A DNA stretch of 64,000 nt, from positions 1 through 64,000 of the forward strand of contig JBEKHC010000001.1 of the NCBI GenBank assembly GCA_050012475.1, given 5' to 3'. Under the pieces are notes generated by a model. The model was not told the origin of the DNA. It was given only the letters and a program-made list of their open reading frames with translations, and made no database searches. This document shows positions 9,729-19,130 of the stretch, in pieces. How positions within the stretch are numbered: the first letter of the stretch is position 1; each line of letters begins with the position of its first letter. Made by a program: the position numbers and the translations under genes. The stretch is from Candidatus Velthaea sp. (GTDB lineage: Bacteria > Vulcanimicrobiota > Vulcanimicrobiia > Vulcanimicrobiales > Vulcanimicrobiaceae).

Positions 9729-11291
9729 CTAGGTGGCGACGCGCAGACAGGCGCTCACCAGTGCGGCACGGCTCGACACGCCGAAGGCGCGGAAGACGTG
9801 CTTGGTGAGCATGTTCTTGATTGTCTGCTCGCCGACGTTGCGCGCTTGTGCGATTTCGCGGTTCGTCTTGCCGCGGCAGACGAGGACGACGACTTCGCGC
9901 TGCGCAGCCGGAAGCGACGCCACGATCGGATGACGTTCGAGCGCGGCAACCCGGTCCGTGACGTTGCGGTCCAGCGTTGCGGCGATGAAGTTCGACGTCC
10001 CGGCCACATGGGTCGTCACGTACGAGTGGACGTCCGCATCTTCGACGAGCCTCAGCAGCGCATGGCCGGCGATCGCCGCGCGCCGCACGTACCCGACGTC
10101 GCGCAACAACTCGAACGAGGTCCGATAACACATGCCGGCGCGCTCACGCTCGCCGCGGGCTTGCGCGATGACGCCGGAAATGAATGCTTCATCGGCCGTT
10201 TGGCGCACGTCGCCGCCCGAAGCCAGATAGACCTTCTCGACCGGCGCAAGGCCGTAGTAGCGCGCACAAAGTTCGACGGCCCGCGCGCTGTCGAAATGCG
10301 CGCAGGCCTCGGCTACCGACAGCAGGGCGAAGCGTTCTTCACCGACCAGCGAACCGAGATCGAGCGTCGACAGCAACGCATCCGCGCGTTTGGCGAACAT
10401 CGTCGCTGCATGGATCTCGCCAGCATTGCGCGCGATGGTCGAACTCAAGCTCCAAGCGAAAACCTCGAACGCGGCCGTCGGCACGTTTTCGCGCGCGAGC
10501 GCGGCGAGTTGATACGCCGTGAGCGTATTGCCGGCGAATTCGTTGTACATCGCCTGATGGGCCACCGTGAGGTACTGCTGGGCGGTTAGGCCGGAAGACC
10601 ATTCGATGCCGCCGGCACGCGCCTGAACGAAAGCCGCCATATCGCGATCGAAAAGCTCCGCTGCGTAGATCGAAAGCGTGGCGATCGCGGTCGCGGTGAT
10701 CGCGCGATCGTGCGCCTGACAATCATCGAGCCGCACGAGCGTCGCGCAGAACGCTTCGGCCGAGCGCCGATAGTCGCGCCGAGCCGCGTAGCAAAATGCT
10801 TGGAGTTCGAGCGATCGCGCATGGATGATGTCCGAACGCGGATCGACTTGGGCCAGATACGTTTCGGCGGTGCCCAGCTCGCGTTTGGCCCAGAATCCGA
10901 GTGCCGTCGCGAACGCGATCTCCGACCGCACGGCAAAGTGCGCGCCCTCGGAACGGCCGGCAGCCTCGAGCAGAATGGCGATCCCGGTGTCGGCATCATC
11001 CTGTCGGATGCGCGCGCTGGCTACCAGCATTTGGGCGGTGAGTGAGGCGTCGATGGTGGTGTGCGTTTGCAGCGTGTCGACAATCGCGCGCTGTGCTTCG
11101 TTCGGCCGTCCCGTGCGCAAATATGCACGCGCGGTTAAGAGGGCGATTTCGGAAGCGGTCGCGACCGAACCGACGCGCATGTCCGAACAGATCTCGAGAC
11201 AGCGCTCGAAATCACCCTCAAAGTACGCCAGCTTTGCGTCCGAAACGGAAGCACGCCGTCCGGCGAGGATCGGCTTTGGTGCCATCTCCAT
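9729..11291 (-). CDS. TPR-like domain protein with C-terminal LuxR-type HTH (transcriptional regulator)
   Basis: C-terminal LPAAQREVVVLVCRGKTNREIAQARNVGEQTIKN. Ala/Leu-rich helical repeats upstream. No Walker A and no receiver domain. Confidence 0.85.
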   Translation of the reverse strand: MEMAPKPILAGRRASVSDAKLAYFEGDFERCLEICSDMRVGSVATASEIALLTARAYLRTGRPNEAQRAIVDTLQTHTTIDASLTAQMLVASARIRQDDADTGIAILLEAAGRSEGAHFAVRSEIAFATALGFWAKRELGTAETYLAQVDPRSDIIHARSLELQAFCYAARRDYRRSAEAFCATLVRLDDCQAHDRAITATAIATLSIYAAELFDRDMAAFVQARAGGIEWSSGLTAQQYLTVAHQAMYNEFAGNTLTAYQLAALARENVPTAAFEVFAWSLSSTIARNAGEIHAATMFAKRADALLSTLDLGSLVGEERFALLSVAEACAHFDSARAVELCARYYGLAPVEKVYLASGGDVRQTADEAFISGVIAQARGERERAGMCYRTSFELLRDVGYVRRAAIAGHALLRLVEDADVHSYVTTHVAGTSNFIAATLDRNVTDRVAALERHPIVASLPAAQREVVVLVCRGKTNREIAQARNVGEQTIKNMLTKHVFRAFGVSSRAALVSACLRVAT

Positions 11292-11381
11292 CTGATGGCC
11301 GATATTCTACAGGTCTGCTAAAACCTTTACCTTTTGCATCCTCCCACTGCGAAATTTGATTCAGGACTTGCCTCGCAGTCC

Positions 11382-11450
11382 TTAGCTAGGCCAGCTCAAG
11401 TGGGCGCATACGGTGTGAGCGATGGTGACCAGGATCGTCAAGATTTGCAT
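11382..11450 (-). CDS. 22-aa hydrophobic peptide MQILTILVTIAHTVCAHLSWPS
   Basis: SD AAGGA 8 nt before the ATG. Hairpin AGGACT...AGTCCT (~11363-11382) right after the stop. Directly upstream of the TPR-LuxR gene. Confidence 0.6.
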   Translation of the reverse strand: MQILTILVTIAHTVCAHLSWPS

Positions 11451-11500
11451 GTCGTTTTTCCTTGCCTTTTCGGTTGAACCGGTGGGTAAAACAGTACAAA

Positions 11501-11524
11501 CGTACCATTCTCTACGACGGTACG
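11501..11524. promoter_or_regulatory. Inverted repeat, candidate operator upstream of peptide ORF
   Basis: CGTACCAT-N8-ACGGTACG (7/8 symmetric). Confidence 0.4.
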
Positions 11525-11696
11525 CTGCAATACAGTGACGAGCCTCGCTTGAGGCACCCGTCCTCACATAAAGACTCGTTCACAATCTAGGGAGCCCAGT
11601 AAGGGCTTGCAACGCGCAAGCCGATAATGCGTCCGGAAAATCGCGAAATGCCCGCCCTCGTTGCACGAAAGGACCGCCGCGGCGGGGCTTCGGCAG

Positions 11697-14555
11697 CTAG
11701 TGGTGCTGGTCGTGCAGACGGCAGAGTGGCGCGCGGGCGCCGCTCAAGACCTCGCTCGCGCGGTCGAGCAGCTCCCCGCCGGCGACGGGATGCGGTCCGG
11801 TAAAGACGCCGCCGGGCGTTTCGATGAAGAATGCGTCGGCTGCGACGTGCCCGGCGAAAGCTCGCGCAGCAAGTCCCGCGGCGACCGGGTTGTGCTGCGC
11901 GAAGGCGACATAGAGCTGCCCCCCGTGGCGCACGAGCGCGGAGATCGTCCCGTACACGATCGCCGGACCGAGCGCGAACGCAAAAGCGACGTCGCGCTCC
12001 TCAACCCGCTCGTCCCGGGCGGGAAGGCGGCCAGACAACAAGGTGAACGATGCCTCGACCACCGCGGGGATGGTTCGCCGCGGCGCGCAGCGGACGCAGG
12101 CGAGCATCTCGGCGACTCGCTCGAGCGCAACGACTGCGGCCGCTGCGGGCGCCTCGCTGCTGGGCGCCGGCAGCGCCGGCGCGGGCGGCCCGGCGGCCGG
12201 TTCGCCCGGCGCGGCCGCTGCCGCCGGCGTCGCCGGCGGCGGTTCGGCGCGCAGGAGCTGCGGGCGCAACGCTTGCAGTTCGACGAGCAGTTCGGGTGCG
12301 GCGACGCCGCGCGTTGGGCGTCCGGAGGCCGAGACCGTCACCGCGACGTCGGCCCGCCCCAGCGCGACCGCCAAAGCGCGGCGGTCTTCGCGCGAATAGT
12401 TTTCGCGCAACTTCGCTTGATGCGCGTACCAGGTGAATTTCGCCGTTCGCGCCGTCAGGGCGTCGCCGACGCTGTCCTTGGGGATCATCCCGTAGGTTGG
12501 GCTGAACAGGAACGCGTCGGGCACGTAGTATGGCGGAAACGAACCGGCGCGCACGTCGACGACGTACACGCGCTCGAACCGGCGCGCCTTGACCGCGTCG
12601 ATCGAGCCGACGACGACGGCGTCGGCGGCGTCATCGCTGAGGATGGGTCCGCTTTCACCGCGCGCGATGCGTTCGCAATACGCCAACGCGGCGGCGAGGC
12701 CGGTATCGCGATTGCGCGCAGCGTAGCGCGCGATAGTTGCGAGTAGAGCGCCGACCACCGCGCTGCGCCGGCGGGCGCGCGCGCCGGTCTCGTTGGGCCG
12801 GCGTTCGTGCATTCCGCCGTCGTTCACGATCGCAGCGGCCGCCTGAGCCACGCCCGCGGTTTGGGCGAGGCGCTGCCAGCTCGCGCGCCGGGTGCGAAAA
12901 GCGATCAACCGATCGCGCACCTCCGGTGCAAGATCGGCATCGCGGTCGCCCCGCACGACATTGGTTCCCAACCGCAGATCGCGCCGCCGGTCCCAGCGCC
13001 GGCTGCCATCGGTCTCGTCGGGCGGGAGGTCGAAAAGGAGCGCTTGCGCGCTGGCCGGCTCGCCGCACAGGATCGCCAGCGAGGCGTCGTTGAGGGCCAG
13101 CAAGGGGAGCTGAAGCACGCGCAGGATCCAGGCGTGCGCGAACGGATCGACCGTCGACCAGAGCAGGGCGAGCGCGTCGAGGGCGTCGTGCCGAACGAAC
13201 AGGGCCGCGTCGCCCTGCAACGCGATCGGGATGTCGCGGGCGACGAGCGCGTCCTCGTAGGCGGCAAGCGAGCGCAGCGAGCGGTGGACGACGGCCAGCC
13301 GGCCGGGCGGGGTTCCCGCGGCGATCTGCCCGGCGATGCTGTCGGCGACGAAAGCCGCTTCGTCGAGCGGCGTCGCGGCCCGATGCAGCTGCACCGCATC
13401 GCCGGACGGAACCGCTGGCGCGTGCTGCGGATCGAGCAGCACGTCGACGACCGCGGCGATTTGCGCGGGGACGCGGTAGTTTGCCTGCAACGCGAGCGTC
13501 ACGGCCGCGGCGCCGAAGACGCGCTCGGGGCGGGCGCCGGCGAACGTTTCGGTCGCCGCCTGCGGATCGCCGGCGACGGTGACGCCGGCGAGCGCGGTGC
13601 CGAAGATCGCCGTCAGCAGCCGGAACTCGCCGGTCGGCAGATCCTGCGCGTCGTCGACCAAGGCGATCCGAAAGTTGCGGCGGTACGTTCGCGCCAAAGC
13701 GGGATGCTCGTCGAGCAGCCGGGTTGCTTCGGCGACGGCATCGGCGGGTGTCAGGCAGCCGTGCAGCACGAGTTCGTCTAAATACGACCGGTAGACTTTG
13801 GTGATGATCTTCGCTAAATCGAGTTCGCGCCGCCGCTGCCGCTCGAGTTCCGAAGCGCCCACCGCGAGCGCGCCGCGGTGTTCGTCCTTGGTTGCGAACA
13901 GGAGCGCCGGAGCCGAAAGGTTCGGCGGGTTGGCATAAAATGCGGTTGCGCCGCGCAGCGCCGCGGCATAAAACGCATCGGGACCGATCTGCGCGGCGCG
14001 CAACTTGCGGATCAGTCGAAGCACCGCGGCGGCAAACCGGTCCGGCGCGCGCAAGCCGGGAATTTCGGGATCGATGTCGGGCCCCAGAAACTCGTTCCAA
14101 TCGGCCGAAAAGAGCGGTGCGATCGCGCGCTCGAAGATCTCCTCGGCATCGTACGGGTCGATCGCTTCGAGATCGTACGCCAAGTTGGTGAGGGTCGCGT
14201 GGTCGGCCAGGATGTCGAATGCCAAGCGGTCGAGCCCACAGCCGACGTAGCGGCCGTCGCGCTCGTATTCGCGCGCCCGGCCCGGCGGCAGCTGCGCGCC
14301 GATGCGCGCGGCGAGGATTGCGGCGGCTTTGCCGCGCGGAGCGGTGACGATCGTCGCGCCGATCGTCAGCGACGGATCGCGGCCCAGCAGGGCGACGTAG
14401 CGGCGAGCGAGCGTTTCGGTTTTTCCGCTTGCCGCGCGCCCGGTAATGGCCAACAGCGGCGCATCGGCGGGCGCATCGATCGCGCGGCGTGCCGTCACGT
14501 CGGCGATCTCGCCGCCGGCGCGGGCCGAACTCTGCGGGAATTCGCGCCCGTTCAC
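11697..14555 (-). CDS. UvrD/AddA-like SF1 helicase-family protein with degenerate motifs
   Basis: GRAASGKT, LVDDAQD, AGDPQAA, ANYR, EDRRALAVALGRA. Confidence 0.8.
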   Translation of the reverse strand: MNGREFPQSSARAGGEIADVTARRAIDAPADAPLLAITGRAASGKTETLARRYVALLGRDPSLTIGATIVTAPRGKAAAILAARIGAQLPPGRAREYERDGRYVGCGLDRLAFDILADHATLTNLAYDLEAIDPYDAEEIFERAIAPLFSADWNEFLGPDIDPEIPGLRAPDRFAAAVLRLIRKLRAAQIGPDAFYAAALRGATAFYANPPNLSAPALLFATKDEHRGALAVGASELERQRRRELDLAKIITKVYRSYLDELVLHGCLTPADAVAEATRLLDEHPALARTYRRNFRIALVDDAQDLPTGEFRLLTAIFGTALAGVTVAGDPQAATETFAGARPERVFGAAAVTLALQANYRVPAQIAAVVDVLLDPQHAPAVPSGDAVQLHRAATPLDEAAFVADSIAGQIAAGTPPGRLAVVHRSLRSLAAYEDALVARDIPIALQGDAALFVRHDALDALALLWSTVDPFAHAWILRVLQLPLLALNDASLAILCGEPASAQALLFDLPPDETDGSRRWDRRRDLRLGTNVVRGDRDADLAPEVRDRLIAFRTRRASWQRLAQTAGVAQAAAAIVNDGGMHERRPNETGARARRRSAVVGALLATIARYAARNRDTGLAAALAYCERIARGESGPILSDDAADAVVVGSIDAVKARRFERVYVVDVRAGSFPPYYVPDAFLFSPTYGMIPKDSVGDALTARTAKFTWYAHQAKLRENYSREDRRALAVALGRADVAVTVSASGRPTRGVAAPELLVELQALRPQLLRAEPPPATPAAAAAPGEPAAGPPAPALPAPSSEAPAAAAVVALERVAEMLACVRCAPRRTIPAVVEASFTLLSGRLPARDERVEERDVAFAFALGPAIVYGTISALVRHGGQLYVAFAQHNPVAAGLAARAFAGHVAADAFFIETPGGVFTGPHPVAGGELLDRASEVLSGARAPLCRLHDQHH

Positions 14556-16531
14556 TAGCGCCCGAACCGGTCGGCGGTTGCGAACGGCCGTTCGCGGCAG
14601 CCGTCTTTATAGGCGCAATAGCGGCACGCTTCGGGATCGTTCGTTGCCGGATATGATACCCGGGTCGAACTCGAAAGCAGCCGCGCGTATTCGATCATCT
14701 TGCCGCGCGCGCGCTCGAGTTCGCCCACCGAGATCGTGCCGGCGGGATTGTCGCCGCGCCGCGAGCCGCTGTCGGGCAGTTCGGTCAGCGTGATGTCCAG
14801 TTCGATCGGCGCGACGTCGAGCAGCGCGTCTTTGAGCGGAATCAGCGCGAGTTTGGTCACCCGGTCGCCGGCCGCCGTCCGCGCCCAATAATAGAACGGC
14901 AATTGAAATTCACGAAACGCGGCAACGTCCGCGCGATACTGGGCCGCGTTCGTTGCGATGCTGCCGGTTTTGTAGTCAATGACCATAACACTGCCGGTGC
15001 GATCGTCGCGGTCGAGCCGGTCGATGTACCCCACGAACGCATGGCCGTCGAGATCCAACTCCGTCGAAACCTCGCAGCCGATCACCTCGAAGGGCGCCCG
15101 CCGCGCTCGCTCGACCAGCCATTGGAAATAGCGTTTGGCGGTGCGGCGCGCGCGCCGGCGCTGCAATTCGTATTCCACCGGCGCGTCGAACCGGCCGCGA
15201 TAGCGCTCGAAGGCCGAATTGATGCATGCTTCGAGATACGCCGGCGCCGCGCTGTTCTCGAACTCCGCCGCGCGTGTGTAGCGGAGATGGAAGTCCTCGA
15301 GCGCGGCGTGAAAAGCCGTGCCGTAAAATGATGCGGATGAACCGCGGTCTTCGACCGCCGCGCACACGTAGCGGAAATACCACTTGCGCGCGCACTCGGC
15401 ATACGCGTTGAGCGACGACGCGCTGAAATGCATCCGTTTGACCGCGACCGGCCGCGGGGGTTCGCCGGCGGCCGCCGCTGCGGGCTGCGCGACGAAAGCC
15501 GGTGCGGGCGGAGGTTGCGCGCCGGCAAACTCGGCGGCGAACTCCGCGGTGAGCGCGGCGGCGTCCCACTGCGGTCCCAGCGTTCGGGCCCGATCGAAAT
15601 CGCGCGCGACCCGAATCAGTGCCGCGACGGTGGGATCGTGGTCGAGCGTGAAGGCCGCGCCGATCGCGGCCAGGACCGTCGAGGCTCCGGCGTCGGGTGC
15701 GCAGTAGGCGCGAGCGACGGAGCGCAGGCCGCGGGCGAAGGCGGCAGCATCGGCGCGCGCCGTTTCGCCCAGCGCGACTTTCCCCGCGTCGATGATGTCG
15801 AGCAGCGGCGCGCGGCCGGCGCTGGCCGTCAACAGCGCCTGCGCGTCGTCCAGACCGATGCCCGAGATCCGGCAGAGGATCGCGCGGCGTGCGGCGGCGT
15901 CGCTTTCGCTCGCCGCGTACTCCAGCATGGCGGCGACGTTGCCGACCAGCGCTGCGTCGATGACCGGCGGCGCGAGCGGACCCAAATCGACCGTATCGAG
16001 CGTCATCCCGGCGGCGGCGCACAGCCGCCGCCAGGCGAAGCCGCGGTCGTCGTCGGGGGTTAGCAGAACGGCGTCGATCCGCAGCGCGCCGGGTTCGATC
16101 GGCCGGCGCTCGCCGGCGAGCGCGCGATGCAGCGCGTCGGGCACGTCGAGGACGTTGGCAAACGCAAGCAGCGTGCGGTAGTGTTCGATGAGCGTTTCGA
16201 ACGGCGTACGTTCGCCTGTTTCGTCCAGCGCGGCGACCACCCGGGCGGCAAACGATGAACTGGCGCGGATTTGCGGCGGCAAGCCGATATCGTCGCGCGT
16301 CGCGGCGATCCGGCGCACGATCGCGCGCCGTTCGGCCTCACCGACCACGCGAACGCCGGTCAACCGTTCCAGAAACGCTGCCGGCGTGATGATTTCACCT
16401 GCCGCGCGCGCGAACATCATCGCAAGCGAGGCGTCGAGTCCGGCAGCGAGTCGCCGTTCGTCGACGAGGATCGGGATCACGGAAGATGAGGTTCGCGCTT
16501 CGGTTCGCTCAAACCCGTAACGCGTGAGCAC
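14555..16531 (-). CDS. AddB/RecB-like PD-(D/E)XK nuclease with 4-Cys (Fe-S staple) motif
   Basis: FSASSLNAYAEC, YGTAFH, GYIDRLD, IDYKTG, CRYCAYKDGC; coupled to the helicase gene. Confidence 0.85.
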   Translation of the reverse strand: MLTRYGFERTEARTSSSVIPILVDERRLAAGLDASLAMMFARAAGEIITPAAFLERLTGVRVVGEAERRAIVRRIAATRDDIGLPPQIRASSSFAARVVAALDETGERTPFETLIEHYRTLLAFANVLDVPDALHRALAGERRPIEPGALRIDAVLLTPDDDRGFAWRRLCAAAGMTLDTVDLGPLAPPVIDAALVGNVAAMLEYAASESDAAARRAILCRISGIGLDDAQALLTASAGRAPLLDIIDAGKVALGETARADAAAFARGLRSVARAYCAPDAGASTVLAAIGAAFTLDHDPTVAALIRVARDFDRARTLGPQWDAAALTAEFAAEFAGAQPPPAPAFVAQPAAAAAGEPPRPVAVKRMHFSASSLNAYAECARKWYFRYVCAAVEDRGSSASFYGTAFHAALEDFHLRYTRAAEFENSAAPAYLEACINSAFERYRGRFDAPVEYELQRRRARRTAKRYFQWLVERARRAPFEVIGCEVSTELDLDGHAFVGYIDRLDRDDRTGSVMVIDYKTGSIATNAAQYRADVAAFREFQLPFYYWARTAAGDRVTKLALIPLKDALLDVAPIELDITLTELPDSGSRRGDNPAGTISVGELERARGKMIEYARLLSSSTRVSYPATNDPEACRYCAYKDGCRERPFATADRFGR

Positions 16532-16570
16532 GGGCCGGAACCCCTGCGTGTTCGTGGAAGTCCTTCAATC

Positions 16571-17131
16571 GTGCGAAAGCTTATCGTCGGCGTGTCCGGA
16601 GCCAGCGGCAGCATCTACGCTCACGCCGCGTTGCGGGCGCTGCGGGCGGTTGGCGGCATCGAAATCCATCTCGTGCTGTCACAGCAAGCGCGCCAGACGA
16701 TCGAACTCGAAACGTCGCTGAGCGCCGCCGACTTCGAGGCGCTCGCCGATGTCGTCTACCGCGACGACAATCTCGCTGCGGCGATCTCGAGCGGCTCGTT
16801 CATCACCGACGGGATGCTGGTCGTGCCTTGTTCGATGAAGACCGCGTCGTCGATCGCGCATTCGCTCAACGGCAATCTGCTCGTGCGTGCGGCCGACGTC
16901 TGTTTGAAAGAGCGGCGGAAAGTCGTGCTGGTGGTGCGCGAAACGCCGCTGCACGTCGGCCACTTGCGAACGCTCACGCTGCTGGCCGAAATCGGTGCGA
17001 TCATCTTGCCGCCGATCCCCGGCATGTACGCGCGGCCGCGCACCGTCGAAGACATCGTCAATCACACGGTCGGCAAAGCCCTCGATCAGTTCGGAATCTC
17101 CAACGAATTATTTGCCCGCTGGCAGGGTTGA
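16571..17131 (+). CDS. ubiX: UbiX family flavin prenyltransferase
   Basis: VGVSGASG, ISSGSF, VPCSMKT, RAADVCLKERR, RETPL. Confidence 0.95.
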   Translation: MRKLIVGVSGASGSIYAHAALRALRAVGGIEIHLVLSQQARQTIELETSLSAADFEALADVVYRDDNLAAAISSGSFITDGMLVVPCSMKTASSIAHSLNGNLLVRAADVCLKERRKVVLVVRETPLHVGHLRTLTLLAEIGAIILPPIPGMYARPRTVEDIVNHTVGKALDQFGISNELFARWQG

Positions 17132-17430
17132 GCGAACGCTGCGCGGTTCGCTCAACCCGTGGCGTTCGGCCCCTGACGGGCCGAGCCGCGGGTCGTGGGT
17201 TTCCCAGGAACGTGTCGGGTTTCCCGACACGTGACGATAGGATGGGTGTCCTCGCCTTCGCCCGGTAAACCCTCCGGCTTGCGGCCAAGCCGCAAACGCG
17301 ACGGAACGACGAAGTCGTTCCACTACCTCTTCAAGGGTGCAGCGTTTGTAGGGATGCTCGAATTTCGTCCTGGCGAGGAGCATAGCGGCGAAGTTTGCTT
17401 TCAGCAAATGCGCCGCATAGCCACGAGGTC
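17125..17430. repeat. Highly structured intergenic element containing two inverted copies of the dispersed motif (17125-17188 and 17275-17321)
   Basis: At least six hairpins plus long-range pairs CGTGGC/GCCACG, TCCTCGCC/GGCGAGGA and AAACGC/GCGTTT. Homologous to 34623-34773. Confidence 0.75.
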
Positions 17431-17440
17431 CAGGGCGAAA

Positions 17441-18193
17441 TCAGAGCATTCCTAGCAGTGCTTCGGCGAGGGGGACGTCGCGCGGGCGGTCGACGTTGAC
17501 CGCGATTTCGGGGTGCGTGCAGCGGATGGCGCCGACCGGGACGCGCATGATCGCCGTGGCCCGGGCTTCCGCGTCGGCGATCGACAAGCGGCCCAAGGCA
17601 AACCGGATCACGACGTCCCAGCCGAATACCGCCGCCAGACGCAGCGGCGCTTTGCGCGCCGCGCCCAGCGCGTCGAGGAAGTCGCCCAGCCGGTCGAGCG
17701 CGCGCGGTTTGATCGCGCTGACGCCGCCGCCGCAGAACGGTCCTTCGCGCATCCGAGCCCAGGTGTGCGGGATCTGCGGATAGCGTTCGTCATGATAGCG
17801 GCGCGCGAGACAGGTGTAGGCCAAGTCGAGATCGCGTGCTGCCAGCGCATCGAAAACTTCGTCGATCGCCGGCGTGGTGAGGATCGGCAAATCCGACGCA
17901 ACGATCAGCAGCGGAACACCGGCAGGAAAGCCGGCCATGCCGCTGCGCAAGCTGTCGATCATGCGCGGTCCGTCGGAACGCACCTCGTCCGCCGCCGCCA
18001 GCGCCGGCAGTCCGTGGGTTCGCGGCGGGGCGACGACGACGATGCGGTCGACCCGCGGCACGGCGCGCAGCGCCAGCAGAACGCGCTCGACAAGCGCGGT
18101 TCCCGCGATGGGAACGAAGGCTTTGTTCGCCGCGCCGGGATGCAGCTCGGCCACCGCGTCGGACGGGCCGCCGGCGAGAACGATCGCGTTCAC
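17441..18193 (-). CDS. Nucleotidyltransferase (MobA-like NTP transferase) family protein
   Basis: AIVLAGG, NKAFVPIAG, ASDLP, VNVD. GTG start overlaps the ispE stop (alternative ATG at 18214). Confidence 0.85.
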   Translation of the reverse strand: MNAIVLAGGPSDAVAELHPGAANKAFVPIAGTALVERVLLALRAVPRVDRIVVVAPPRTHGLPALAAADEVRSDGPRMIDSLRSGMAGFPAGVPLLIVASDLPILTTPAIDEVFDALAARDLDLAYTCLARRYHDERYPQIPHTWARMREGPFCGGGVSAIKPRALDRLGDFLDALGAARKAPLRLAAVFGWDVVIRFALGRLSIADAEARATAIMRVPVGAIRCTHPEIAVNVDRPRDVPLAEALLGML

Positions 18194-19104
18194 ACCGGCG
18201 ACGGCGCGCGCCATGACGCGCTGGGAGCAAACGGCACGACGGCCAGCCGTGCGCCGTCGGGCGCTCGAACGCGTGCGGCCAACGCTTGTGCATGTTGAGT
18301 GTCGGGGCAAAGTGCGAAACAGGCGCCTCCGGAACCCGACAGCATCGCATGCTGCGCGCCGGCGGCGTGCAGCGCGTCGAGGGCGGCGTCGACTGCCGGG
18401 TAGACCGCGCGCACGATCGGCTCGAAGTCGTTGACCGCGGCGGCGATCGCGCTGGAATAGTCGCCGCGCTGCAGCGCCACCAGCGCGCGCAAGCTTGCGC
18501 TCCCGTTGCGCGGGCGCGACGGCGGGGGCGCGACGAGCCGCGCTTGCGCCAGCCGCTGGAACGCATCCGGCGTGGCGACGTGCACGTCCGGCACCAAGAG
18601 CACGATCGACCAGGGCGGCAACGCTCCCAGGGCGGTGACGCGTTCGCCGGTGCCCTCGACGAGCGCGCCGCCGTCGGCCAGAAAGACCGGGACGTCGGAA
18701 CCGAGCGCCCGTGCGTCGGCGATCCAATCGCGCGCCGGAACGGGACCGAACGCGCCGCTCATCGCGGCCTGCAGAATCGCCGCGGCATCGCTCGAACCGC
18801 CGCCTAGGCCGGCCCCGACGGGGATGCGTTTGCGCAGCGTTACGGAATACGGCGCGGCTGCGAGCCCGATGCGTTCGAGCGCGCGCACGACCAGATTGCC
18901 GGGCCCGAGTTCGCCCGGCTCGCAGGTGAAACCAAAGCGCTCGGCAGGTTCGATGACGATTTCGTCGGCCAGACCGATCGGCAGCATGATGCTCCGCAGT
19001 GCATGGTAGCCGTCCTCGCGGCGCGCTAGGATTTCCAGCGTGAGATTGATCTTGCCGTAAGCGAGCACGCTGGTCGGTGTTATGCGCCGCCCGGGAGGAT
19101 TCAT
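18190..19104 (-). CDS. ispE: 4-diphosphocytidyl-2-C-methyl-D-erythritol kinase
   Basis: GKINLTL, DGYH, KRIPVGAGLGGGSSDAA, LGSDVP, NDFE, LSGSG. Confidence 0.95.
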   Translation of the reverse strand: MNPPGRRITPTSVLAYGKINLTLEILARREDGYHALRSIMLPIGLADEIVIEPAERFGFTCEPGELGPGNLVVRALERIGLAAAPYSVTLRKRIPVGAGLGGGSSDAAAILQAAMSGAFGPVPARDWIADARALGSDVPVFLADGGALVEGTGERVTALGALPPWSIVLLVPDVHVATPDAFQRLAQARLVAPPPSRPRNGSASLRALVALQRGDYSSAIAAAVNDFEPIVRAVYPAVDAALDALHAAGAQHAMLSGSGGACFALCPDTQHAQALAARVRAPDGARLAVVPFAPSASWRAPSPV

Positions 19105-19130
19105 TCGCCGCCATAGCGCGAATGGTCGGC

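Noticed and set aside
14555..16531. Cas4 / CRISPR adaptation gene
   Set aside because: The 4-Cys PD-(D/E)XK domain sits at the end of a 658-aa protein coupled to a UvrD-like gene, with no cas1 or array; AddB-like fits better.
17125..17430. RNase P, tmRNA, SRP or self-splicing intron
   Set aside because: None of the diagnostic conserved sequences were seen on either strand.
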